Shown here piece by piece: positions 50,027 to 58,399 of a stretch of 64,000 nt of DNA. Every line of letters starts with the position of its first letter. Position 1 is the first letter of the stretch. Origin of the DNA: Candidatus Fimenecus sp. (GTDB lineage Bacteria > Bacillota > Clostridia > Oscillospirales > Acutalibacteraceae). Made by a program: the position numbers and the translations under genes. Location: contig JAZQWV010000046.1 of assembly GCA_045632525.1 (NCBI GenBank), positions 574 through 64,573 of the forward strand, given 5' to 3'. The notes under the pieces are model-generated. The model was not told the DNA's origin, searched no databases, and worked only from the letters and a program-made list of their open reading frames with translations.

Positions 50027-50113
50027 ATGGTTACTTACGAGACTTTGTTCCTTTTCGGTTCACTTGTTGTAGCAATTATCGCACTTGTTATTGACATAAC
50101 AAAAAAGAAATAA
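50027..50113 (+). CDS. 28-aa hydrophobic peptide, type I toxin candidate (holin-like toxin family impression)
   Basis: AAAGGAGGGG RBS. MVTYETLFLFGSLVVAIIALVIDITKKK: one TM helix plus a KKK tail. Structured 5' UTR with an anti-SD. Confidence 0.6.
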   Translation: MVTYETLFLFGSLVVAIIALVIDITKKK

Positions 50114-50184
50114 CCGCCCCTCGCCAAAAGTGCGGTTATTTCTTTAACCCATTATTAGGCTGACCGTCTATCGGTAGCCTCTCT
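50100..50184 (-). ncRNA. candidate antisense antitoxin RNA overlapping the toxin 3' end
   Basis: Minus-strand TTGACA, 16 nt, TATAAT at 50218..50191. Minus-strand terminator (stem 50107-50142) followed by TTTCTTTTTT. Confidence 0.45.
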
Positions 50185-50258
50185 GCTTATATTATAGCAG
50201 ATTTTACGGATTTGTCAACTGTTTGGAATTAAGCTTATTAATGTAGGAGTTATTAATT

Positions 50259-51857
50259 ATGAAAATTTTTTATTCTTGGCAATCTGATTTGCCGAATAGT
50301 AAAACGAGGGGATTTATCCAAGACTGTATCGATGCGGCAATAAAGCATTTGTCTGATATAGTTTTTATAGAGGCAGATCGTGACACGCAAGGCGAATTTG
50401 GATCTCCTGATATTGTAGAGACTGTTTTTTCTAAAATAGATGAGTGTGACTTATTTATTGCCGATGTTAGCATTGTGAACAAATATAATGCTATTGACGA
50501 TAACGGTGAAAAATCAAAAGCAATTAAATTATCCCCAAATCCTAATGTTCTTTTGGAATTGGGTTATGCAGCAAAAGCGCTTACATGGGAAAGAGTCGTA
50601 TGTATTATGAATACTGACTATGGTAAAGTCGGTGAACTTCCTTTTGATTTAGAACATAGAAGGCCACTACAATACTCGTTAGATGGTCAAAAAAAGTCGG
50701 CAGTAAAAGAGTATGTTCGCAATATCATAGTGGGCAATGTTTTAAATGTTATGGAAGAAGGCGTTCGTGCCAAAGGCAATACCGCAAATCATATTGTCGG
50801 GGGTATTTCTATGGAGAATGGAGAAATATCAAATTCTATTACTCCACTAGACCTACGGCTAACAAACAGTTTTAAAACTAAATATGATGAACTTAAAGAT
50901 GCATGTTTGTCGTTAATTGAAAAAATTAATTCAAACAAGTTGCCAACAACCGTTACGAGCGATGAGACGAAAGAAATTGATGCGCAAGAACAGACCAAAG
51001 AAGAAAAACTTTCAGCAATGGCAAAAACAATTACGTTGTTTATGGAGGAAGGTAAACCGGTTTCTATAAACGACAATGATATAGCGTGGATTCGTCAACA
51101 AGTAAAATTATTGTTTAGAATAGACTTAGCCGATGATTTTTTCAGCTTGGGTGACTTGAAAATTAAAATAGGTAATTTTTTGGTTCAATCAGAGTATATC
51201 GGCACGACAAACGAAAAGGTTAAGTATGATGATTTGAGAGATTTGCAATCAAAGCTATTAAAGCTTGATGTGCTTGAGCTTTTTATAAAAACTTTTGACG
51301 ACTTGATATTATTACCTTTAGCAATATATAACAACTCTACGATTTCAGACGAGGAAATCTCGATATCGGTAGTTGTTGACCCTGAAACCGCAGAAGTGGT
51401 TATTCCCTCTAGAGAACTCTTGGCTGAAGAACTTCGCGGGGATGATGAGCATGTTGGATTAGAAGGTGCCGTGTATGATGCTGGCTACGCTAAGATACTT
51501 ATGATGCCTGAAAGTGGCGAAATAACTTATGATACAGATATTTCTTTCGACCCAAGCGATATACAGAAAGAATTGCGTAAAAACGCAACTGATGTTTTTG
51601 GAAACTCTACATATAAACCTGATGCAGATGATTACGAAGATGAAATCATAAAGTTTATAGCATCTCCAATGCAAGGACGAAACGATACGTTGTTGTTTGA
51701 GATTGAAAGCCTTAGAGCAAACGAAAGAAAATGGATAGGTCCATTAATTGCATTAAAACCGAAATCTGATACTATTCGTTTGTCATATTCGGTAAAATCT
51801 AAAAATTCAAATGGTCTTATTTCTTCCGATTTGATATGCAAAAATAGTAATAAGTAA
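50259..51857 (+). CDS. NDT/TIR-like N-terminal domain protein with ~380-aa uncharacterised C-terminal region
   Basis: MKIFYSWQSDLP...CDLFIADVS...NPNVLLELGYAAKAL resembles the nucleoside 2-deoxyribosyltransferase/TIR-like Rossmannoid pattern (D..E.GYA). TAGGAG RBS. Confidence 0.55.
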   Translation: MKIFYSWQSDLPNSKTRGFIQDCIDAAIKHLSDIVFIEADRDTQGEFGSPDIVETVFSKIDECDLFIADVSIVNKYNAIDDNGEKSKAIKLSPNPNVLLELGYAAKALTWERVVCIMNTDYGKVGELPFDLEHRRPLQYSLDGQKKSAVKEYVRNIIVGNVLNVMEEGVRAKGNTANHIVGGISMENGEISNSITPLDLRLTNSFKTKYDELKDACLSLIEKINSNKLPTTVTSDETKEIDAQEQTKEEKLSAMAKTITLFMEEGKPVSINDNDIAWIRQQVKLLFRIDLADDFFSLGDLKIKIGNFLVQSEYIGTTNEKVKYDDLRDLQSKLLKLDVLELFIKTFDDLILLPLAIYNNSTISDEEISISVVVDPETAEVVIPSRELLAEELRGDDEHVGLEGAVYDAGYAKILMMPESGEITYDTDISFDPSDIQKELRKNATDVFGNSTYKPDADDYEDEIIKFIASPMQGRNDTLLFEIESLRANERKWIGPLIALKPKSDTIRLSYSVKSKNSNGLISSDLICKNSNK

Positions 51858-51876
51858 CTCCATTGTTGCGACGTAG

Positions 51877-52596
51877 CTATTCTTGAATATCCTTCTGAAT
51901 ATGCTTTTTTATATGTTTTTGCGATGTATGATACCTTTTGATTAAGACACTAATAACAACCGTTAGTAATAAAAATATTGTAATTACCCAAGGAATAAGA
52001 AAATAAAACTTATATTTGCTAAGATACTTACTGCCCAAGGAAAACAAAACCAATAAAGCATTTGATATTATTGCTGTTAATCCTATTAATAAGTAATCTT
52101 TTTTATTCAACTTTTCTTCTTGGCTTTTGTGAATGGAATATCCTATTTGATTACCAATTCCAAAAAGAGCATATGCAAAAAAGAGTCCAAAATCCCCGAA
52201 AGGAATTGCAATTATAGTGAGAGACAAAATAAGTCCACTTATAATGTTTTGGTGCACTTTATTTATTTTACTAAGGTCCTCTATATTACAAAGTTTGTTA
52301 TACAGTAATTTAGTAAGAAAATTGCTCAAAAGGATTGCAAACAGCACCAAAATTTCCGGAATGTTATTAATTAACTCTTGAAGAAACTTGGAAGCGAAAA
52401 TGTTTTTGTCAATGTTGGGGGCATTAAAGATTGTTTCAAAGTAATATGGAAAAAGTATGAGTAAATAATCAATTAAGTATATTACTGCAAACCCTAACTT
52501 ATCAGAAAAATTAATCTTCCCTTTACTCTCTAACCAAACCATAATTACAAGGAATATTATAAAAAATACAGATATTGTGCTACAAATAGCATTCAT
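51877..52596 (-). CDS. polytopic membrane protein, unknown function
   Basis: About 6 TM segments. AGGAGAGG RBS. Confidence 0.55.
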   Translation of the reverse strand: MNAICSTISVFFIIFLVIMVWLESKGKINFSDKLGFAVIYLIDYLLILFPYYFETIFNAPNIDKNIFASKFLQELINNIPEILVLFAILLSNFLTKLLYNKLCNIEDLSKINKVHQNIISGLILSLTIIAIPFGDFGLFFAYALFGIGNQIGYSIHKSQEEKLNKKDYLLIGLTAIISNALLVLFSLGSKYLSKYKFYFLIPWVITIFLLLTVVISVLIKRYHTSQKHIKKHIQKDIQE

Positions 52597-52665
52597 AAAA
52601 CAAACCTCTCCTTTGATAAATATTTTAAAGGCAGTCTCACTTTTGATAGTGAGGCTGCCTTTCGT

Positions 52666-52977
52666 TTATCTGTTATTTAATCGTTCTGCGGTGCTAATAA
52701 GCACGTCAAGATCTTCTTGGGACATGTTACGAGTTAACTCATATAATTTTTGAACGAGCTGAGGTTCTTTTATATCTTCGTCGAAGAACTCTCTAGGAGT
52801 AACGCCTAGATATTCACATATATAAAGAAACTCTCCCAAGGACGGCATTGATCTGCCAGATGAAATACTCTGCATATAACTCTTGCTGTGTCCTAAGTCT
52901 GTGCTCATTCTATATTCCGAAACATTCTTTTTCGTTCTTAAAACAGAAATTCTATCCCTAATAAATTGTAAATCCAT
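52666..52977 (-). CDS. XRE-family HTH repressor
   Basis: VSEYRMSTDLGHSKSYMQSISSGRSMPSLGEFLYICEYLGVTPREFF. ATG 52977 after GAGGTG. Confidence 0.8.
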   Translation of the reverse strand: MDLQFIRDRISVLRTKKNVSEYRMSTDLGHSKSYMQSISSGRSMPSLGEFLYICEYLGVTPREFFDEDIKEPQLVQKLYELTRNMSQEDLDVLISTAERLNNR

Positions 52978-53014
52978 CGTCAACACCTCGCATTTATTAT
53001 TGTATAATAATTTT

Positions 53015-53076
53015 AGCGGTAATATTCACGATAAAATTACCGATTATAGTTGATAATTACCGCTAAAAGCGGTATA
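53015..53076. promoter_or_regulatory. divergent promoter/operator region with four ATTACCGNT half-sites
   Basis: AGCGGTAAT-12 nt-ATTACCGAT and ATTACCGCT-aaa-AGCGGTATA. The second site overlaps TATAAT at 53073-53078. Confidence 0.5.
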
Positions 53077-53120
53077 ATGTAGTAGGATATTCAAACTAAA
53101 ATCAGTAATATGCGATAAGG

Positions 53121-53609
53121 ATGTATAACGTGTTAAAGATTTTTACTGTTGCATTTTTCGGTCACAGATATATAGATAATCCGTTAAAGGTGGAAGAATT
53201 GCTTGAAGAGCAGATAAGAAAACTTATTAACGAAAAAGAATATGTTGATTTTATTGTTGGACGCAACGGCGAGTTTGACCAGTGCGTTTCGTCAGCGGTG
53301 CTTCGTGTACGAAAAAATTATAGGGATGATAACAGCTCCCTTGTTTTGATACTACCGTACCCAACCGCCGAATACATTAACAACCATAATTATTATGAAG
53401 ATTATTATAGTGACATTGAAATTTCGCATGCAGCTTCAAAAGCGCACCCGAAATCTGCCATACAAATCCGCAACCGTGAGATGGTAGACAGAGCTGATTT
53501 GGTTATTTGCTATATTGAGCACAACGAGGGCGGTGCCTATAAAACCGTAAAATATGCTTCCGAGCAGAATAAACCCATAATCAATCTTGCTGATTGTGTT
53601 GACTATTGA
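53121..53609 (+). CDS. SLOG-superfamily protein (DUF1273 / YpsA / YoqJ-like)
   Basis: FFGHR..., IVGRNGEFDQ, RNREMVDRADLVICY...GGAYKTV. The start may be GTG 53130. Confidence 0.65.
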   Translation: MYNVLKIFTVAFFGHRYIDNPLKVEELLEEQIRKLINEKEYVDFIVGRNGEFDQCVSSAVLRVRKNYRDDNSSLVLILPYPTAEYINNHNYYEDYYSDIEISHAASKAHPKSAIQIRNREMVDRADLVICYIEHNEGGAYKTVKYASEQNKPIINLADCVDY

Positions 53610-53623
53610 AAAGGAGAAGAAAA

Positions 53624-53806
53624 ATGAAAGTTTTTAAATTTATAGTAGTAAGTATCTTGACTTTAATTACAATTCAAACCGCATATTTTGCTTTATTATA
53701 TAAAGCCAATACAGCAACCGGGACTTTTCTTATATGTTTAGGGATAACACTATTTGTCGCTTGTGATGGCGGCTTGGAGAAGAAAAACGAATCGTCTTCT
53801 AAATAA
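53624..53806 (+). CDS. small two-TM membrane protein
   Basis: AAGGAG RBS. MKVFKFIVVSILTLITIQ... Confidence 0.5.
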   Translation: MKVFKFIVVSILTLITIQTAYFALLYKANTATGTFLICLGITLFVACDGGLEKKNESSSK

Positions 53807-53971
53807 CTTTCTTTTATTTACGGTTTGTGTTATAATGTTTTGTAGAAAACTGTCTACTTGACAGAGGGTGCGTTAGCTGTAAGTCCGTTTTATAGTACAC
53901 TAACTATGCTAAAATTTAAATAATAGATGGTGAAAGCCAAAATTGTTTAAATTATTAAAAGGAGAATTAAT

Positions 53972-54205
53972 ATGCCTGATATGAATGATTTTCATGCTTT
54001 TAAAAGCACAAGCGGCGGTGACGGAGGCGGTTCTAAAGGCGGCGGTGGTGGCAAATGGGACTTTGGCTGCGGCTGGGTTGTGATAGTAGTTGTCGCTTAT
54101 ATGCTAATACATTTTATTTTCAGTGGAGCTAGTTGGGATGCAATAGACACTCTTTTAGGACTTGGTTTTCTTGCATTTTTGTTTGCAAGATCGCTTTTTA
54201 GATAG
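53972..54205 (+). CDS. small Gly-rich membrane protein
   Basis: AAGGAG RBS. GGDGGGSKGGGGGKW followed by two TM helices. Confidence 0.5.
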   Translation: MPDMNDFHAFKSTSGGDGGGSKGGGGGKWDFGCGWVVIVVVAYMLIHFIFSGASWDAIDTLLGLGFLAFLFARSLFR

Positions 54206-54215
54206 GATTGACAAG

Positions 54216-54416
54216 ATGAATGTTTTTAATAAAGAAATATATGCAAAAAATCTACGCGAGTATTATATAAAAAATTATGGCGAAAATGAAGCGGATATAT
54301 GGTATGAGCAACCGGCAGTTAATGTTTGGGTGTTCGAACGTGCTAGTAAGATTATCACACTTAAAAGTCATGTACTGACCGGTGAAGTAACAAAATTTGA
54401 AGAAGAAAAAGGTTGA
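54216..54416 (+). CDS. small hypothetical protein (66 aa)
   Basis: Internal ATG of track ORF 54162..54416. Weak RBS. Confidence 0.35.
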   Translation: MNVFNKEIYAKNLREYYIKNYGENEADIWYEQPAVNVWVFERASKIITLKSHVLTGEVTKFEEEKG

Positions 54417-54458
54417 TTCAATATTTAATTGTATTGTTGATTATTCAGGAGGTTTAAT

Positions 54459-54836
54459 ATGGGTGGTTATATAAAAAGAGATGCTGTGCAAAGATTTGAA
54501 ACTATGGCTTTAAATACCAAGGTTAATAAAGAAATCTTTGATGCTTTTAAAGACCATTGCAAGGAAATGGGGTATCCTATGAATGTTATGCTCGAAACAT
54601 TCATGCAGCAATATGCGAATGGAAGATTTAATTTAAACTCAGAAGATATCCTTAAATGGAAAAATGATGACTATGATGTTGAAACTTTGAACACAACATT
54701 TAACAAAGAAATTTATCTAAGCTTTAAATCCAAATGTAAGGGTAATGGATATTTTGTAAAACATGTAATAATGGCATTTATGGAAAAGTTTGCAAGTAAG
54801 AATTTAATTTTGGAATATGTATGGTTTGAAAATTGA
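54459..54836 (+). CDS. tandem-repeat DNA-binding-like protein (two RHH-like modules)
   Basis: LNTKVNKEIFDAFKDHCKEMGYPMNVMLETFMQQYA and LNTTFNKEIYLSFKSKCKGNGYFVKHVIMAFMEKFA. AGGAGG RBS. Confidence 0.5.
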   Translation: MGGYIKRDAVQRFETMALNTKVNKEIFDAFKDHCKEMGYPMNVMLETFMQQYANGRFNLNSEDILKWKNDDYDVETLNTTFNKEIYLSFKSKCKGNGYFVKHVIMAFMEKFASKNLILEYVWFEN

Positions 54837-54885
54837 AATTAAACATATTAATTAACATTGTCGTGCAATGAATGAGGTATAATTA

Positions 54886-56262
54886 ATGTTTTATGTATAT
54901 AGATTCTTAGATAAAACTAAAAATGTTATTTATGTAGGTAAATCAAAACAGGATTTAGAACAACGTTTTAGAGGACATTTGCATTTACCAGAAGAATGTT
55001 ATGATCAAGTATATAAAATCGAATACATAGAGTGCTCTACGGAATCGGATATGTCGATTAAAGAAATTTATTACATTAACAAGTATCGAAATACTAATTT
55101 TTTCTTTAATGTGCTGGATACTACCGAATTGCCAACAAGTGTTACCTTCGATGATAAATGGAAGCAGTACAAAGGACCTTTGGGTTCTCATTTTCACAAA
55201 TCAATTAATTATAAAAAAGGTTATACCAGTGAAAAAACGGTACGATACAACAAAGATGGCTCTATAGACAAACGAAAGACCAATAAAAAGAAAGGTGATT
55301 CTTCGTTTGTCGAAGGCTTTACAAGTGATGAAGTTGATTTAATAATTAAGCAACTTATTAAAAATATTAATGAGGCAACAAATAATAATCAGGAACAGAT
55401 TAGATTTAGAAATTTGATGATGTTTATGTTAAGCATAAACCTACCTTTAAAAACAAATGATTTCTTAAATCTTAAGTACAAAGATTTGTTTGATAGTAAG
55501 GATAAATTAAAATCTGTTGAAATGAAGTTGAGTAGATTTTATAAAGACACTATCCTTAAAGTTCCCTTACGAAAAAATGTTCGTAAGATAATATTGGCGT
55601 ATACCCAAAGATACAACATGTCTTACAGTGAAAATTCAGAAGATTATCTTTTTCTTTCGCGTGAACATCAAATTATTTCACCAATATCTTGGGGTCGAAT
55701 CCTTTTAGACACATCCAAAGCAGCAGGGATTACTAAAAGCATTGGTGCAGAATCAATTCGAAAAACATATGGGATCAATGTATACACCCGTTCCGAAGAC
55801 AAACTTAATGCATTGCTGTTCTTAGGGGAACTGTGGGGACACATTCGTGAAGCTCAGATAATACGTTATTTGAATCTTTCTGAAGATGAGATTGATTACA
55901 AGTATTATTTTGGCGAAGCCTATGCAATCGGAAAGGTGAGTTTATCTAAAATCAAATGTTTAAAAAATAATGATGAATCTTCAAAAAAAGATTTGATTCC
56001 CGATACTCTTTCTAAGAAAAGATTTGCTCAAATCCCGAAAAAGACTATTAATCCATCTAAAAAAACTTCTAAAAAGAAACGGCAAGTATTCCCTGTCGAG
56101 AAAAAGGTAGAGATAATTAAGAAAAATTTAAATGATAAAATCCTAATAAAAACGCTTGCAGAAGAGTATAAAATTTCAATGAATACAATATGTAATTGGA
56201 TAACTTTATATAAGAAATACGGCGAGTCGGGTTTGGAAGATAGGCGTTACAAAAACGAATAA
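54886..56262 (+). CDS. GIY-YIG domain / degenerate tyrosine-recombinase-like domain / IS3-OrfA-like HTH fusion protein
   Basis: YVYRFLD..VIYVGKS..RF..H (GIY-YIG). ESIRKTYG and LWGHIREAQIIRYL align to recombinase box II/Tyr region but lack the first Arg and both His. C-terminal LAEEYKISMNTICNWI HTH. Confidence 0.55.
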   Translation: MFYVYRFLDKTKNVIYVGKSKQDLEQRFRGHLHLPEECYDQVYKIEYIECSTESDMSIKEIYYINKYRNTNFFFNVLDTTELPTSVTFDDKWKQYKGPLGSHFHKSINYKKGYTSEKTVRYNKDGSIDKRKTNKKKGDSSFVEGFTSDEVDLIIKQLIKNINEATNNNQEQIRFRNLMMFMLSINLPLKTNDFLNLKYKDLFDSKDKLKSVEMKLSRFYKDTILKVPLRKNVRKIILAYTQRYNMSYSENSEDYLFLSREHQIISPISWGRILLDTSKAAGITKSIGAESIRKTYGINVYTRSEDKLNALLFLGELWGHIREAQIIRYLNLSEDEIDYKYYFGEAYAIGKVSLSKIKCLKNNDESSKKDLIPDTLSKKRFAQIPKKTINPSKKTSKKKRQVFPVEKKVEIIKKNLNDKILIKTLAEEYKISMNTICNWITLYKKYGESGLEDRRYKNE

Positions 56263-56310
56263 TAGTTGCAAAACAAACAGTTATTTTCAAGGATGTGAAA
56301 AACAAGTTTT

Positions 56311-57063
56311 ATGACAGAATGGATATGGGATGGCGAAATGGATTGTGGTTGGGAAGATCTATCGTGCTTGCTAGTAAAGAAATGTGATAATTTTACTAAG
56401 ACCTTATTAGAAACAACAAGTTTTTCGCCTATAGAAGAAAGCAAATCACTTATCACTGCGGAATGTATGCAAAGGTTCGAAAGTATTGTAAGCATCTTGG
56501 CAGAAGATATAAAAGGTGGTGTAGACTACCAATATGAAGATTTATTTGAAGATTTCCCAAATGCTAAAAAACTTAATTGTTGGATTCTTCTCGGCTCATT
56601 AACCGAAACCACATTACAAATGTTTCTAGCTTTTTACATAGAAGATTATAAAAACACAAAATGGCAACAATGGGAAGATTTTAAGTTGGAGCAAGTACGC
56701 ACCCCGATTATTGAATGTATCCAAAAACTAGTCAACGATGGCATTCTGGAAGCGGCTCATGCACGGTCATTGAAAGATGCTATTAGAGATACTATTAAGT
56801 TGCATACCCGGGAACATGATGTTCAGAAAATAATGCTCGATGAATTGATTCAACTATTAAGCAAGTTGGAGTTATTCGATGAAGATGAACTCACATATTT
56901 AAAAGGAATCCAATCTAATAGAAACGGAATACACTCGTTCCAGAAAAGATCTATAGGGACGTGGAATGACTTACAATATAGTGTTCGTTTCTTTTGCTTC
57001 TTATTGGAGTGGGTGGTTTTCCATCTACCTGATATACCTGATGAAGCGTACTATCAAGATTAA
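56311..57063 (+). CDS. hypothetical protein
   Basis: 250-aa ORF, helical, no recognisable motif. Start uncertain. Confidence 0.4.
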   Translation: MTEWIWDGEMDCGWEDLSCLLVKKCDNFTKTLLETTSFSPIEESKSLITAECMQRFESIVSILAEDIKGGVDYQYEDLFEDFPNAKKLNCWILLGSLTETTLQMFLAFYIEDYKNTKWQQWEDFKLEQVRTPIIECIQKLVNDGILEAAHARSLKDAIRDTIKLHTREHDVQKIMLDELIQLLSKLELFDEDELTYLKGIQSNRNGIHSFQKRSIGTWNDLQYSVRFFCFLLEWVVFHLPDIPDEAYYQD

Positions 57064-57104
57064 ACCTTTATCAATCAAGATTTAAAACAACTAAGGAGAA
57101 TAAT

Positions 57105-57935
57105 ATGGCAGTTAAAATAAGCAAATTACTTTGTGCTATGTTGGCATTAATGATTTTTATGACCGCTTGTGGTAACACTAAAGAGCAAACTAAATGTGGA
57201 TCGTGTGGCGAAAGCATTAGTGGCAATGCGAAATTCTGCTCTAATTGTGGTGCCGGAATAGCCGTTGATAAAGAAGAAACTACTACTTCAGAGTCCTCTA
57301 ACAGCGAGACTAAATGTACTCACACTTGGCTTGACGCTACATGCTCTTCGGCTAAAAAATGTGAATTGTGTGGAATTATTGAAGGCAACCCCCTTTCTCA
57401 TAATTGGAGTGAAGCATCATGCACTTCACCTAAAAAATGCACATTATGTGGACAAACAAGCGGCAAAGCAAAAGGACATCAATGGATGGATGCTACATAC
57501 GAAAATCCCAAGTATTGTGTTATTTGTGGGGTCGAGTCTGGAGAACCTTTGGTAGATCCTAATTATGACAAATATATTATGGCAGCACATCTTTACCAAG
57601 CGGTAATTGATTCTGCCAAATTCCCATCATCTGTTCGTATCGAACGAGCATATTATATTGGCGATCTTGGGCAAGGGTATCCTGCTGTTAGATTAGAGTG
57701 TGCTGCCGCCAATTCAATGGGTGGTAGTGGAATACTCTATGGTGTTGTTATACAATATCCGGCAGTGGGATATGAAGATGATCCGTATGCCGATCATATA
57801 TATGCTTATGAAGACAAATATTGTTTTGAATGTAATATATATGATAATTGTCCGGTTCTAAATTATAATGGTTATGAAAAGTTAGATATTTCACGCATTG
57901 AAAGTGTACATGAAAACGATATTAATTTTAATTAA
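57105..57935 (+). CDS. lipoprotein with zinc-ribbon and three Cys-rich H.W...C....K.C..CG repeats
   Basis: Signal peptide ending MTAC (lipobox-like). CGSCGE..FCSNCG, then three repeats. AAGGAG RBS. Confidence 0.6.
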   Translation: MAVKISKLLCAMLALMIFMTACGNTKEQTKCGSCGESISGNAKFCSNCGAGIAVDKEETTTSESSNSETKCTHTWLDATCSSAKKCELCGIIEGNPLSHNWSEASCTSPKKCTLCGQTSGKAKGHQWMDATYENPKYCVICGVESGEPLVDPNYDKYIMAAHLYQAVIDSAKFPSSVRIERAYYIGDLGQGYPAVRLECAAANSMGGSGILYGVVIQYPAVGYEDDPYADHIYAYEDKYCFECNIYDNCPVLNYNGYEKLDISRIESVHENDINFN

Positions 57936-58088
57936 CTATATGATTTTCTAAGATTTTCAAATATCATTTTCTTCTTTTATAAATTAATAAATTGTTTAAA
58001 ATTTCATATAACTCTTTACTGCTGTTACATAACTCTACACAACTCTACGGGGTGAGGTTTGAGCAGTAAAAGAGTGGCAAAACCAGGG

Positions 58089-58117
58089 TTGACAAAGGGT
58101 TTTCCTCATGTTAAACT
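58089..58117 (+). promoter_or_regulatory. promoter at the start of the ORF-free region
   Basis: TTGACA, 17 nt (ending TGT), TAAACT. Confidence 0.45.
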
Positions 58118-58123
58118 AATAAT

Positions 58124-58285
58124 GACCTATTTAAAATAAAGCAGGAGTGTTTTTAAAAGATAACGAAAATTGCAATGTTCCGAGAGGGTTAATTGCGCTT
58201 GTTTGTTATGCTTGGCTCCTGTGTATAGGGCAATGGCAAAAGGACTGCAAGTAAGCACTTACCTTTCGGGGTAGGTGCTTTTTTG
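58124..58285 (+). ncRNA. candidate ~160-nt small RNA (promoter to intrinsic terminator)
   Basis: No RBS-associated ORF. Ends in AGCACTTACC-tttcg-GGTAGGTGCT plus T6; the T:G wobble in the stem is only valid on the plus strand. Confidence 0.4.
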
Positions 58286-58399
58286 TTATCTTTTTGCCTT
58301 CTTTTTATGTTTTGTCCTCCGGTAAGTGACGGGGCCAAAATAAACACATAAAAGAAGGAGTATTCAAAATGATTGTATTTGACAACACGGGAAGTTAGT

